DNA of 64,000 bases from positions 32,001 through 96,000 of the forward strand of contig CAVUUR010000006.1 of assembly GCA_963744715.1 (NCBI GenBank), written 5' to 3'. Under the pieces are notes generated by a model that saw only the letters and a program-made list of their open reading frames with translations, was not told the origin of the DNA and made no database searches. The first letter of the stretch is position 1; each line of letters begins with the position of its first letter. This DNA is from an uncultured bacterium (GTDB taxonomy: Bacteria; Babelota; Babeliae; Babelales; JACPOV01). Position numbers and translations under genes: made by a program. Positions 38,265 to 49,103 of the stretch are shown one piece after another.

Positions 38265-38864
38265 ATGCATAAACAACAGGGAATAATTTTAAAAACATAT
38301 CTACCCAAAAAACAAAAAATTTCTCTTTTTGATTATGCAAGGGGGAAAATTACTGCTATTGCTTATAATCCTAATGCTTTTGAGCGTTTAAGTGCAGGTT
38401 TTTTTATTGAATATTATGCAACAGAACGGATTACGGCCTATGAACTAGAAGCAATTGATATTGTGCATGCCCCCTTTGCATTAGCGCAGCATAATATTGT
38501 TTTTTTACATCATATTCTTGAACTGTGTTATTATTTTCTTCCTGAAAACTGCGCAGCGCAAGAATTATTTAATTTGGTATATTTTTTATTGAGTTCTGTA
38601 CACAAAATAGAATATACTTTATACAAAAAAATATTTTTAATGAGATTTTTTATTTACTTAGGAATGTATCCTCAGGATCAACAATTGCAAAGTGCAGCAA
38701 TGAATCAATTACTCTATGGATCTTTTGAACATATAGATGATAATCTTACTATAGTTGAACATAAAGCACTCGAACAATGGTTATTTAGTTGCATAAAGGA
38801 ACATCCACAAAAAAGTCACTTCAAAACAATAATTGTCGGACAAGGCGATATTAACCATGAATAA
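38265..38864 (+). CDS. recO: DNA repair protein RecO-like
   Basis: QGIILK...SLF....GKI N-terminal OB pattern, ELC..FLPE....ELF..L, LG.YP. Confidence 0.6.
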   Translation: MHKQQGIILKTYLPKKQKISLFDYARGKITAIAYNPNAFERLSAGFFIEYYATERITAYELEAIDIVHAPFALAQHNIVFLHHILELCYYFLPENCAAQELFNLVYFLLSSVHKIEYTLYKKIFLMRFFIYLGMYPQDQQLQSAAMNQLLYGSFEHIDDNLTIVEHKALEQWLFSCIKEHPQKSHFKTIIVGQGDINHE

Positions 38865-41800
38865 AACAAGATTTTTTTTCATACATATTTTACTTTTTTT
38901 TCAAACCACTAATTTTTGCAGCACTATTTTTGATTCTGCAAAGACATTATTTGTGTTAGGCCGCAATGAACATGAAGAACAACTCAATCACTTAAAAAGT
39001 GAGTTCGCTACCCTACAAACAGCAAGTCAAGAGCAACTTAAAATAGTTCAAAAACATCTGGATCAAACAACCAGAGAAAACAATGATATTAAAAATCAGA
39101 TAAAAATTTCTGAAACCGACCTTAAAATGGTTGATTTTTTAAACAAAAAGCAATCCATTCTTAATGAAATCAATCAAACCTTATTTAATATTCAGTTTTT
39201 AGTTAAAGAAAATGTAAGTACGATAGAACAGCATATAAAATTATTAGAAGATTATAAAAAGGACCCTGGATTTACTTCGCTTACGCTTGAGCCCCGTTCA
39301 TACTATACATTTGATTTTGTTAAAAATGCGAATCGCAAGGTGTTGTATCAAGAAGACACCCTTAGTCAAATGCAGGCACAAAAAACTGATGCTCTTGTTG
39401 AACTTGATAACCGAAAGAAAAAGCTTACTACTGCCATTAAAGAATCTCAGGACGCTAAAAAGGCACAAGAAGAATTCAGTAGCAAGGCTGCTACCGCGCA
39501 ACAAGAAACCGGCACAGAATTTAATTTCCATCAACGTGGAGAACTACTTGATTTAGAAAGTAAATTAGCCAATTATGAAAAACAACTTGCTGCATTAAAA
39601 GTACAAGAAATTAATCGCAGGCTTGCCTTAATCAATACCAAGATTTTCGTAGAACAAGAAAAATTAAAAATACTTAAAGAAAACCTTGATAAAGCAAAAT
39701 CAGGACTTCGTGTTGCTGAATCTGAAGTTATGCAAGCTCGTGAAAAACTTGATAAACGAAAACAAGAATCACTAGCAATCAAAGACACTCGTTATGCTGA
39801 AATAAAAACTCTTTCGGCACAGCGTGAAAAATTAAAAAAGGAACTTGAGTATCTTGTTAAACGCTATGGTATTACGGCAGGACATGATGTAACCGCATGG
39901 ACCCTCGATACAAAAACTATTGATTCCTATAGCACGTTGGGTGAAATGGGGTATAAAAATGCACAAATCCAATTGCTTGATAGAAAAATAGATTATTTAC
40001 GGGCCAAAATTGAATTAGAAGAAATAAATTTCAATCGTGAAGAAATTAATGCCAATATCTTAAATACCTGGTACAAAATAAAACAACGCAAATTTAAAAG
40101 TAATAATGAAATTTTGGGTGAGATAAAAAGATTTAAAGAAGCTTATGAAGAAGCCAACAGGGAATCAATTCTTTTTCAAGATAAACGAAACGCTTCAACC
40201 GCATTGCTCGCTATTCAAAATAAAGAACTTATCAATCTTAGAAACTTTATCCAAGAAGTAGACACTGAAAAAGAACAGCTCTTTAAAAAATATCCAACGC
40301 GCTATGCAACGTTAAGCATCCGTTTACATGAATCTGAAAAAATTATTGCTGAACAAATAGAAAACAACAGTAAATTAATCGAAGCCTATTCGAGCTTAAT
40401 TGCGACTTTTGATGAAACTATTAAAGAATTAAGTTTTATTTTAAATGAACTCGAAACAAAGAGTATCTGGCAACGTTCGGAATATGCAATTTCATGGCAA
40501 GGCGTTAAAAATATCATTCCGGATATTATTTACTTTATGGTTGACGTTGAGCAGTTAGGTGCCCTTTATATTATGAATATGAGCACCAGCAATACCATAC
40601 TATGGTTAACATCAATAGTGCAAACGCCGACACGCATCATTATCTACCTTTGTATACTACTTATCTTGATACTACTTTTTGTATTACTACGGTTATGGTT
40701 GGCAAATTTACAAGATTATTTTCTCGCCCTTAAATTCAGAAATAGGATTCTATCGTTATCGAGTAAAGTTTTAAGCGCAATTTGTTCTTTTTTACATGCC
40801 CATTTTGTTTCATTTTTTATATGGCTTGTTTTATTTGCAGTAATCTATACCGAAATGATCTCTGAACTCTTCCCCCGCATCATGTTTTATCTGATATCAA
40901 TTCCGTATTTATTATACTTATCAACCATGTTTATACGCTTTTTAATTCAGTTCAATGAAAAACATCGCATGATTTTATTTGGTAAGCATTTTGAGCGTAG
41001 ATTTGTTATTGTGTTTTCTCTTTTTGCTTATGTTACCATTGTTATTTTGTTCTTCAGAGAAGCATTTATTCTGGTCACCCTACATAAATCTGAATTGCCC
41101 ACTATTTTATTAGCAATGTACTCAATCTTTTTAAGAACCCTCATTATTTTCTCCATAGGAAAAGAAGAGGTATTATCGCTCATTGCTAACCGTAGCGGTT
41201 TCTGGATGTGGATTTCGCCGTACGTTGATACGTATTATTATCTCCTGTTGATTTCCATTATCGGCATTATGATCATAAGTGATCCTTATGTTGGTGGCTA
41301 TGGTAATCTCGTATCCTATATACTATGGGGCGTCGTAGGATCTCTCATCTTACTTAAAATATTTTTTACCATGCATTTATATTTCAAACGCATGTCAGTA
41401 AAAATATTTTTCGATACTGATGAAGAAGTAATGCATAAACGATTTGCGTATGCAAAAACAGGGTATGGTCTCTTTGTTATTACTCTTTTTATTATCTTTA
41501 CGTTAGTAGGTATTTTTATTGCTACTAAGATCTGGAATGTACCAATTTCACTTCATGATATTGCACAAATGTCATATTTCCCTTTATTTGATACGGGCTT
41601 TGATAAAAATACCGGCCAGGTAATTTGGTTTACACCACTCAAGTTTTTTATCATTATCGCATTTATTTTAGGCGGATTTATTTTTGCAATAATAGTTAAC
41701 CGTTACATATTGCGTTTTATATTTGATTTATTACCGGTTGATCTTGGCGTTCAGAATACCGTAGTAAGCATTACTCGTTATCTCATTATTGTTATTGCCA

Positions 41801-42408
41801 TTTATCTTGGTTTTCAGTGGGGAGGTCTGGGAACATTACTTCTTGCTATCGGTGTTGTTATAGGTAGTATTGGGTATATTGTTAAAGAACCAATTGGTGA
41901 CTTTATTTCTTATTTTATCATTTTGGTACAACGACCTGTTCAAATAGGCGATTACATTCTGTTAGATGAAGAAAATCAAGGTGTGGTAAGAAAAATTACA
42001 CCTCGTTCCGTTATTTTGCGCCGCAAAGATAGTTATACCATTATTTTGCCAAACTCGATGCTGTTAAATCGACCGATAAACAATTGGAACTATGCTCGTA
42101 ACTTTGTTGCCTTTGATGATATTGAATTTACGGTTCCTTACACGGTTGACCCAGTGCAAGTAAAATCATTAGTTGCTCAAGTACTCGATCAAAGCCTTGA
42201 TATCTTAAAAAGCCCGCGGCCTATCATTCGTTTGCACGATTTTGGTGAATACGGTTTTGTGTTTAAGGTGCGTGGTTTTATTAGTGATGTTAATATTCCA
42301 CGTAAATGGGATATTGCCAGTGATATCCGTTTTGCGCTGGTTAAATCATTAACAGAACATGGTATCAAAATTGCAATTCCTACAAGAATTATTTTGAGCA
42401 AAGAATAG
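38857..42408 (+). CDS. Large MscS-family mechanosensitive channel (MscK-like: long coiled coil plus many TMs)
   Basis: C-terminal DFIS.FIIL.QRP.QIGDYI, G.V.KI..RS, ILPNS..L...I.NW. Confidence 0.9.
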   Translation: MNKTRFFFIHILLFFQTTNFCSTIFDSAKTLFVLGRNEHEEQLNHLKSEFATLQTASQEQLKIVQKHLDQTTRENNDIKNQIKISETDLKMVDFLNKKQSILNEINQTLFNIQFLVKENVSTIEQHIKLLEDYKKDPGFTSLTLEPRSYYTFDFVKNANRKVLYQEDTLSQMQAQKTDALVELDNRKKKLTTAIKESQDAKKAQEEFSSKAATAQQETGTEFNFHQRGELLDLESKLANYEKQLAALKVQEINRRLALINTKIFVEQEKLKILKENLDKAKSGLRVAESEVMQAREKLDKRKQESLAIKDTRYAEIKTLSAQREKLKKELEYLVKRYGITAGHDVTAWTLDTKTIDSYSTLGEMGYKNAQIQLLDRKIDYLRAKIELEEINFNREEINANILNTWYKIKQRKFKSNNEILGEIKRFKEAYEEANRESILFQDKRNASTALLAIQNKELINLRNFIQEVDTEKEQLFKKYPTRYATLSIRLHESEKIIAEQIENNSKLIEAYSSLIATFDETIKELSFILNELETKSIWQRSEYAISWQGVKNIIPDIIYFMVDVEQLGALYIMNMSTSNTILWLTSIVQTPTRIIIYLCILLILILLFVLLRLWLANLQDYFLALKFRNRILSLSSKVLSAICSFLHAHFVSFFIWLVLFAVIYTEMISELFPRIMFYLISIPYLLYLSTMFIRFLIQFNEKHRMILFGKHFERRFVIVFSLFAYVTIVILFFREAFILVTLHKSELPTILLAMYSIFLRTLIIFSIGKEEVLSLIANRSGFWMWISPYVDTYYYLLLISIIGIMIISDPYVGGYGNLVSYILWGVVGSLILLKIFFTMHLYFKRMSVKIFFDTDEEVMHKRFAYAKTGYGLFVITLFIIFTLVGIFIATKIWNVPISLHDIAQMSYFPLFDTGFDKNTGQVIWFTPLKFFIIIAFILGGFIFAIIVNRYILRFIFDLLPVDLGVQNTVVSITRYLIIVIAIYLGFQWGGLGTLLLAIGVVIGSIGYIVKEPIGDFISYFIILVQRPVQIGDYILLDEENQGVVRKITPRSVILRRKDSYTIILPNSMLLNRPINNWNYARNFVAFDDIEFTVPYTVDPVQVKSLVAQVLDQSLDILKSPRPIIRLHDFGEYGFVFKVRGFISDVNIPRKWDIASDIRFALVKSLTEHGIKIAIPTRIILSKE

Positions 42409-42422
42409 TACCAGAAACCGTA

Positions 42423-42647
42423 TTAATGTTTCTTTTGTTGTCTTTCTTGTTTTTTAATAAAGTGCATTATTTTTACGCTGATGCGCGTTTTTATAAGGCC
42501 GTATATGATTAACGTGATTGAGATAAATACCACAATCCAATTTAATTGCAAAATATTAAGAACGTGAAGGAGCATGAGAGTTCCCAAGATGAGAGCACCA
42601 AAACCTTTTTGTTCATCAGATAATTTAGTTATATTAAAATTTGTCAT
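42423..42647 (-). CDS. Small two-TM membrane protein
   Basis: 74 aa, AAGGGAG RBS, two hydrophobic segments. Confidence 0.65.
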   Translation of the reverse strand: MTNFNITKLSDEQKGFGALILGTLMLLHVLNILQLNWIVVFISITLIIYGLIKTRISVKIMHFIKKQERQQKKH

Positions 42648-42822
42648 ACAAAACTCCCTTATTTTATATACTTTACTTTGATTTGATTAGTATCATAATG
42701 GTGTAAAATAATACAAGCTTTGCTATAATTTTTTCTCCACAATATTTTATGGACAAGATATTAGTAATAAGAATCAAAATTATCTGAAACATTATTTTGA
42801 AGTAAGATAACTCGTTATTAAT

Positions 42823-43236
42823 CTAACTGTCCAATATCTGCTGAAGCACATCTCTATTTTGCTCAAGCGCATCTCTATCTTGAAGATATAAAAGCCTTTC
42901 ATATTGAGCATTACTTATATTGAATGTTTCGATCGGATAACCCTTAAATTGATAAATTAAATAATGACTTTCAGGCGTTAAGGGCACATTATGATCCCCA
43001 TTTGCATTAAGATATATTGCCTCATTATCATTCCCGGTTATACTTAAGCTCTGTTGTGATGGAATACGCTTTTTTTCAAACGTAAACTTACGCTTTTGCT
43101 TAAATTTAAAATGTACCGTGAATTCAGATCCTGAAAAGTTGTGAATCTTATAAGTAGATTTCGCCCCATTAGTTACTCTGAATACCATTACCATTAATAA
43201 AAAAATGATTACTTTAACCTTCATGATAACAATCAA
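42823..43236 (-). CDS. Secreted hypothetical protein
   Basis: AAGGAG RBS and signal-peptide-like N-terminus. Confidence 0.6.
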   Translation of the reverse strand: MIVIMKVKVIIFLLMVMVFRVTNGAKSTYKIHNFSGSEFTVHFKFKQKRKFTFEKKRIPSQQSLSITGNDNEAIYLNANGDHNVPLTPESHYLIYQFKGYPIETFNISNAQYERLLYLQDRDALEQNRDVLQQILDS

Positions 43237-43364
43237 CTCCTTCTATTTTCTATATGTACCATAACAACGGCAGTATAGAATATAGTTTTTTTAGTAAAAA
43301 ACAAATTTATTATCTTAATGTACGTTCGGATTAGAAATTTGCGACAATAAAACGTTAACGGATA

Positions 43365-44513
43365 TTATTTCGCAAGAGCTTGATACGCCGTAATTACCGC
43401 GTGAACAAATGCTTCGGGATGATAAGTGCGACTCATTTCAGATGCTTTTTGGCTCGTGGCATTATAAAGATGTGCATCAGAAACTAATAATTCGATAGTC
43501 ATTTTCATTTCATGTTCAGAATGTACTAAAAAACCATTAACACCATCTACTATGGATTCTTGTTGCGCAGGTGCGTTAAGAGCTATGATAGGCAACCCAC
43601 ATGCCATCGCTTCGGCAAGAACGATGCCTTGCGTTTCCGATTGCGAGGCAAAAAGAAACATATCTGCATTGTTATACAATTCTATGAGTTTATCTTTTGA
43701 TGGCTTTACACTAAACATTACCTGCTTGGCAGACAACTTAAGCTCACTATAAGCATAATGCTGTAATGCTTCACATTCACTGCCATAGCCAACAAGGTGT
43801 AGCGTATAATAATCCGGGTCAAGCATGCTCATAACACGTAATAAAAAAGGAATATTTTTTTCTTTGGTAAAGCGGCTCACACTTAACAAATTATAAGTTG
43901 TTTTATGTAACAAGGATTTTGTTTTTTGTTGTATAAAAAATTGCTCATTAATAGCGCTTGGAATAATTGCATGCACGCCCGAAATACCTTTATCTTGCAA
44001 TTGCTTTGTCAAAAATGAACTGGGGAAAATGAGCATATCAACCGCTTTACAAAAATATCTTAAACGACGTTCAAGCAAGAGGTAACTCATAAAACGAGGT
44101 AATGGAACATAATGTAAATACGCTTCATAACGAGTATGATACGTAAACAATATCGGAATATTATAGGAGCGGGCTACGCGCAAAGCTGATATACCCAATA
44201 GGAATGGGTGATGCACATGAATAATAGTTGGATTCAATAATTCAATAAGCCGTTGCAATTTTTTTTTGGCCCGCAACGGAATTGCCATATAATTCCCTTT
44301 ATATTTAAAACGCAATAGTGAAGGAATGCGTATGACATCCTGCTCAACAGGTTGCTCACAGCCAAGAAAATCCAGCGTAACAATAACTGGTCGATGCCCC
44401 TTTTTTTTTAGTTCCGCACATAATACATCCAGTGAGCTAACAACGCCTCCTGAATACGGGCGATAATTGTTAGTAATGAGTAATACGGTTAATGATTGTC
44501 CGGAACTATACAT
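43365..44513 (-). CDS. Glycosyltransferase family 4 (diacylglycerol glucosyltransferase-like)
   Basis: Y.P..GGV..S, IHVHHPF..G, TYHT.YE.YLHY, S.SETQGIVLAEAMACG. Confidence 0.9.
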   Translation of the reverse strand: MYSSGQSLTVLLITNNYRPYSGGVVSSLDVLCAELKKKGHRPVIVTLDFLGCEQPVEQDVIRIPSLLRFKYKGNYMAIPLRAKKKLQRLIELLNPTIIHVHHPFLLGISALRVARSYNIPILFTYHTRYEAYLHYVPLPRFMSYLLLERRLRYFCKAVDMLIFPSSFLTKQLQDKGISGVHAIIPSAINEQFFIQQKTKSLLHKTTYNLLSVSRFTKEKNIPFLLRVMSMLDPDYYTLHLVGYGSECEALQHYAYSELKLSAKQVMFSVKPSKDKLIELYNNADMFLFASQSETQGIVLAEAMACGLPIIALNAPAQQESIVDGVNGFLVHSEHEMKMTIELLVSDAHLYNATSQKASEMSRTYHPEAFVHAVITAYQALAK

Positions 44514-44526
44514 AGATAATGTGATC

Positions 44527-45189
44527 TTATTTTTTGCTTGGAAATGATTGATTGCCCAGTTTTTTCCAATCAGCATTGAACAAGGTAATTCCTTGATCGG
44601 TAAGCGGATGTTCCGTAGCTTTTTCTAACAAAGAAACGGGTACGGTAGCAACATCCGCACATGCCATAATCGCGGTATGTAAATGGCGTGGGTGGCGCAG
44701 CGAAGCTGCAAGTATTTTTGTTGAATAGCCATAGGCATCAATCATATCCCGTAATTGAAAAAGAGTATCGGATCCTTCTACGTCAATATCATCCCAGCGC
44801 CCAACAAAAGGAGAAATATATTTTACGCCTAGTTTAGCCATAAAAAGACCTTGAATGAGCGTAAAAACTAAGGTTATATTGATTGCAATGTTTTCATTAA
44901 CCAGTTTACTGATAATTTCATAATATTGTTGGGAGCAAGGAATTTTTACCACAACGTTGCTTGCTAATTTTGCTATGGCATGAGCTTGTTTATATACCGC
45001 CGCAGGATCCGTTTCAGTAACTTCAATACTAACGTCACGATCTTTCATGATAGTACAAATTTCGGAAGCAATTGCAGTTGAATCACCGCCTTCTTTACTT
45101 AAATTTGAAGGATTTGTAGTAATACCATCAATCATAAATGACCATTTTTTTATAGAGTCAATATGAGAAGTATCTAAAAATAGTTGCAT
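44527..45189 (-). CDS. tal: Transaldolase (short TalC/FSA family)
   Basis: FLDT, GITTNPS, SIEV, VVKIP, ISPFVGR. Glu and Phe at the diagnostic positions favour transaldolase over FSA. Confidence 0.9.
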   Translation of the reverse strand: MQLFLDTSHIDSIKKWSFMIDGITTNPSNLSKEGGDSTAIASEICTIMKDRDVSIEVTETDPAAVYKQAHAIAKLASNVVVKIPCSQQYYEIISKLVNENIAINITLVFTLIQGLFMAKLGVKYISPFVGRWDDIDVEGSDTLFQLRDMIDAYGYSTKILAASLRHPRHLHTAIMACADVATVPVSLLEKATEHPLTDQGITLFNADWKKLGNQSFPSKK

Positions 45190-45306
45190 AATAAACTCCT
45201 TACGATTTAATTAATCAATTATGAAATATAATGCATATAATTAGTGTTTGCCAATTCTACATAATTTGCAATAATTAATTAACAATATTAAGAAAAGGAA
45301 TACCCA

Positions 45307-46374
45307 ATGAAATATGTATTGTTATCTACTTTTTCTATCATAACGTTTTTCTCTATAGTTGCACAAGAACAACCAATAATTACGCCTACCATTACCACAC
45401 TTTTTGGAAATTTTGCTATTACTGAGCCGGTATTACAAGAACTCCTGGAATGTCCTACCATGCAACGATTAAAAAATATTCATCAGTATGGGATGCGCTA
45501 TTATGCAGGTTGTACCCAACCTTATTCACGGTATGAGCATAGCATTGGCGTATTAGCATTATTGCGTCGCTATGGGGCAAATCTTGAAGAACAAATTGCA
45601 GGCCTTTTGCATGATGCTTCTCATACTGTTTTTTCTCATATTGCTGAGTTTCTTTTTAAACATAAATCTTTAGTAACCTCATATCAAGATGATATTCATC
45701 ACTGGTTGCTGGAACAAACGGAAGTTCCGGCGATTTTAGCCAAACACAACATATCATTTGATGAAATTATTAATAAAAAATGTCTCTACAAATGTTTGGA
45801 GCAAGATTTGCCGTATTTATGCGCTGACCGCATTGAATATAATATACATGGTGGTTTTTTAGAAAACTATATCACCAAAGAAGAAATCGACACCTTACTC
45901 GACACACTTTTTTTTGAACATGGACAATGGTTTTTTACTGATCCTGTACAAGCAGAAAAACTTGGGCGAATTTCTCTCGCATTAACCGAAAATGTCTTTG
46001 CTGCGCCGTTTGATTGGCTTATTAATCATTGGGGAGCACAAGCGTTGCAACGAGCATTGGATATTCATATCATAACGCTCAATGATATTCATTTTTCTAC
46101 TGATGCAATAATCTGGGAACGTTTACAATTAAGTAATGATGTTGAACTACAACAACTACGTGCCACTATCGCAACGTGCAAAAATAATTTTGTAATAACT
46201 AACGCGACCGCACACTATGATTATTGTATTCATCCTAAATTTAGAGGCGTTGACCCTTTGGTAAAAACAAATAAGGGTTTGCAACCATTAACACACCTAA
46301 ATACAGCCTATGCTCATGATTATTATGCGTTAAAAAATACGTTAGCCGAAGGAATTTATATTACGCTACAATAA
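45307..46374 (+). CDS. HD-domain phosphohydrolase (SAMHD1/YdhJ-like) with signal peptide
   Basis: MQRLK.IHQ.G, SRYEHSIGV, GLLHDASHTVFSH, ADRIEY. Confidence 0.88.
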   Translation: MKYVLLSTFSIITFFSIVAQEQPIITPTITTLFGNFAITEPVLQELLECPTMQRLKNIHQYGMRYYAGCTQPYSRYEHSIGVLALLRRYGANLEEQIAGLLHDASHTVFSHIAEFLFKHKSLVTSYQDDIHHWLLEQTEVPAILAKHNISFDEIINKKCLYKCLEQDLPYLCADRIEYNIHGGFLENYITKEEIDTLLDTLFFEHGQWFFTDPVQAEKLGRISLALTENVFAAPFDWLINHWGAQALQRALDIHIITLNDIHFSTDAIIWERLQLSNDVELQQLRATIATCKNNFVITNATAHYDYCIHPKFRGVDPLVKTNKGLQPLTHLNTAYAHDYYALKNTLAEGIYITLQ

Positions 46375-46621
46375 CTGCATATTTCGTTAAAAAATTAACA
46401 AATTTTTACATTTTTCATCAAAAATGTCATTTTTCCCTTTAAATCTAAAGTTTTTTAAGATAACTCTTGCATTTTATATAGTTCAAATAGTAAAATAATT
46501 ATAATTATAAATATATTAAATTAATTAATATTTATTTTAATTATGCATAAAGCACATAAAAAAACTCACATAAACCAAAAGCGTATTCGTAATTTTACAA
46601 ACAACTAAAAAAGGAAAAATA

Positions 46622-47449
46622 ATGATATCAAAAAAACATCTTATTTTTTATATAGTGTTACTGGCTATTCCAGTAACTGATATGTTTTCTCGTGGGGGCG
46701 GCGGAGGCGGCCATGGCGGTGGCGGTGGTCACGGCGGTGGGGGCGGAGGTTTCCACGGCGGCGGAGGCGGCGGCCGAGGTGGCTATAGTGGCGGTGGCGT
46801 TTCACGTGGCGGAGGCTACAGAAGTTCAGGTGTTGCACGAAGTGGTGGCGCAGGAACCCGTAGCGTTTCGCATACTAGTGCTTCCAGAGTTTCACGTACC
46901 GGTGCAACCGGAAGAACCACGGCAGCTCGTGTTAACAGATCAAACGCTGCAGTACGAAATATAGGGCGTGGAACTGGCGCTAGAGGAACTCACGCGGGTG
47001 CTTTAGGCAGAGGTGGTAGAGGAACTCACGCAGCAAACAGAAACCTTGCACACAATAAGCAAAATTTACATAACTTTAACAATCACTGGAACGGCCATCA
47101 TGGATGGGGCAATAACTGGTGGAACAACGGTTGGGGCTGGGGTGGTCTCGGTTTAGGTTTAGGTCTCGGTTTCGGCTGGTGGTGGGGAAGTCCATTCTGG
47201 CTGTATAGTCCTTGGTGGTATTGGGGATATAATGATTATAACCCATGGTGGACTGCTAGCATACCTGAAATACAGGTAGTAAGTTCTAGTGACTATGAAA
47301 GTTTACCGGAAGATCAACAAACTTCGTTTATAGATAACAATGTAAATGATCTTCAAAAGGCCATAGACGCACTTACTGATGGTTTAGAAAATCAAAAAAC
47401 GAAGGCTCTTCAAAAGCTTGATGAAAGAGTCAACGCACTGGGTATGTAA
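46622..47449 (+). CDS. Secreted Gly/Arg-rich, Trp-rich low-complexity protein
   Basis: Signal peptide, poly-G/RGG tract, NHW/GWGW block, coiled-coil tail. Confidence 0.8.
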   Translation: MISKKHLIFYIVLLAIPVTDMFSRGGGGGGHGGGGGHGGGGGGFHGGGGGGRGGYSGGGVSRGGGYRSSGVARSGGAGTRSVSHTSASRVSRTGATGRTTAARVNRSNAAVRNIGRGTGARGTHAGALGRGGRGTHAANRNLAHNKQNLHNFNNHWNGHHGWGNNWWNNGWGWGGLGLGLGLGFGWWWGSPFWLYSPWWYWGYNDYNPWWTASIPEIQVVSSSDYESLPEDQQTSFIDNNVNDLQKAIDALTDGLENQKTKALQKLDERVNALGM

Positions 47450-47471
47450 TAAATAAAAAAAAGGAAAAACA

Positions 47472-47720
47472 ATGAATAAAAAGAATATATTATATCTTAC
47501 AGGACTTATGTTAACCACAGGCTCACTGTTCTCAGCAGATGCAGATCGTCTTGCTAAATTACAAGAACAAGTTAACGCTATTGTAAAAAACTCAAAAGAA
47601 CAAGCTGACGCGATTAATAGGTTAGCTAGTAACATTTTACAACTTGAGCGAAAACAAAAAGGCGCTGGCGCTGCGGAATCTAAGTCTGGCATGGAATCTG
47701 AAGACTCAGACATGGATTAA
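47472..47720 (+). CDS. Small secreted coiled-coil protein
   Basis: Signal peptide, heptad pattern, acidic tail; same AAAAAGGAAAAA RBS context as the upstream gene. Confidence 0.75.
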   Translation: MNKKNILYLTGLMLTTGSLFSADADRLAKLQEQVNAIVKNSKEQADAINRLASNILQLERKQKGAGAAESKSGMESEDSDMD

Positions 47721-47739
47721 TTGTTTTGATAAAAACAAA

Positions 47740-47768
47740 AAGAGGGATGTATTTACTACATCCCTCTT
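47740..47768. terminator. Hairpin terminator between convergent genes
   Basis: aagagggatgta-tttac-tacatccctctt. Confidence 0.8.
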
Positions 47769-47845
47769 ACCAATAATACTTTCATAATAAGCTCATTACC
47801 TACAATACATTGCAGTAGAATGACTTTTTTCGCGGATACCTATTT

Positions 47846-48817
47846 TTATACAAATATTAACTTAATGAGATTGGCAATGAAAAGATACGGGCCTAAAACT
47901 ATTGATGCAACCGTAGAAAACTTACCATAAGGAACCGCTGGAACCTTTTTTTGTGCACAAATTTCTGGGCGCAATGCTACTTCTTCGATGGTGGGTTGAT
48001 AGTTCGATAGTAAAGAATTTCCTTGCTGGGCAGCCTGTTCATTATGCGGCAAATGATATTTTTTTAACCAGGCATGAACACCGTTAATATATTCTTGTAC
48101 ATAAGTACCAATCATCAACTTACCGTGTAATCCATCAGCAAATTCACATAAATACACATCGCCATGCCCATTTTTAACCAATTGGCAATATAAATTACGG
48201 GAACTTTTAATCGGCACAACCTGATCATTTTGAGCATGAATAAATATAATGGGGATATCGTGAGCAATTTCATTAATACTCTCTGCAGGAAAAATACCTA
48301 AGGGGTCAACGGCCTTAAAGTGAAATTGCGCTATTTTAATCCCTACAGAAGTAGGTAAAAAACCAAGATGAAAGCGATTCATAAGATGTTCAACTAAATT
48401 AACCAAGGTGTCAAAAGGCGATTCAAGTATTAATGCTTTAACATTCTTTGGCTTATAATGCGCCATGTAATTGAGTATAGTTGCAGAACCACGAGAAAGC
48501 CCTATAAAAACAACATCGTATCCCGGGAATTGCATCATTGCCCTTTGATAGGCACCATGCAACGCCTCCATATCAATTTTTTGCCCTAAATTAACAAGAT
48601 TTGAATCATATTGATCGGTGCCTTTTGCATCTGGAAAATCAAAAGAAATTATAGGCCCAGAGGCCAAAGCAGCAAAAAGATCTGCCTGTTTTTGCGTTGC
48701 TCCTAAGCCATGAGCAAATATATAAACAATATTTGACGAATATGCATACGCTGTAAAAAACAGGAAAATTATAGATAATAATGGCTTGAGCATTTTTTTC
48801 ATAATGCAGTTTTTCAT
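47846..48817 (-). CDS. Secreted alpha/beta hydrolase
   Basis: FAHGLG, GLSRG nucleophile elbow, LESPF, H..ND.VVP, catalytic His in GLHG. Confidence 0.85.
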   Translation of the reverse strand: MKNCIMKKMLKPLLSIIFLFFTAYAYSSNIVYIFAHGLGATQKQADLFAALASGPIISFDFPDAKGTDQYDSNLVNLGQKIDMEALHGAYQRAMMQFPGYDVVFIGLSRGSATILNYMAHYKPKNVKALILESPFDTLVNLVEHLMNRFHLGFLPTSVGIKIAQFHFKAVDPLGIFPAESINEIAHDIPIIFIHAQNDQVVPIKSSRNLYCQLVKNGHGDVYLCEFADGLHGKLMIGTYVQEYINGVHAWLKKYHLPHNEQAAQQGNSLLSNYQPTIEEVALRPEICAQKKVPAVPYGKFSTVASIVLGPYLFIANLIKLIFV

Positions 48818-49103
48818 ATTTATAAATATTTAATTATATTTTTATTTTTAATTGTATCACAATATGCCAAAATAATCAATCTACTTGGCATAAAAAATCC
48901 CCGTAAAATAATACAATGAGAAATCAGTTTAAAAAATTATCCCTAAACAACAACAAGCCCACCCACTATTAACGAGAAAATTTTGACGGGGAAATATTCT
49001 AAATAACCCAAAAAATTTGGTATAAAAAGCATATAAAAGCGTATAATGGACAATCATACACTTATTTTTTGCTTAAAATCGAAGGAATTTTGCTTATATT
49101 TTT

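Noticed and set aside
46692..46964. Alternative-frame Ala/Val-rich ORF
   Set aside because: Shadow of the GGC/GGT Gly codons of 46622..47449.
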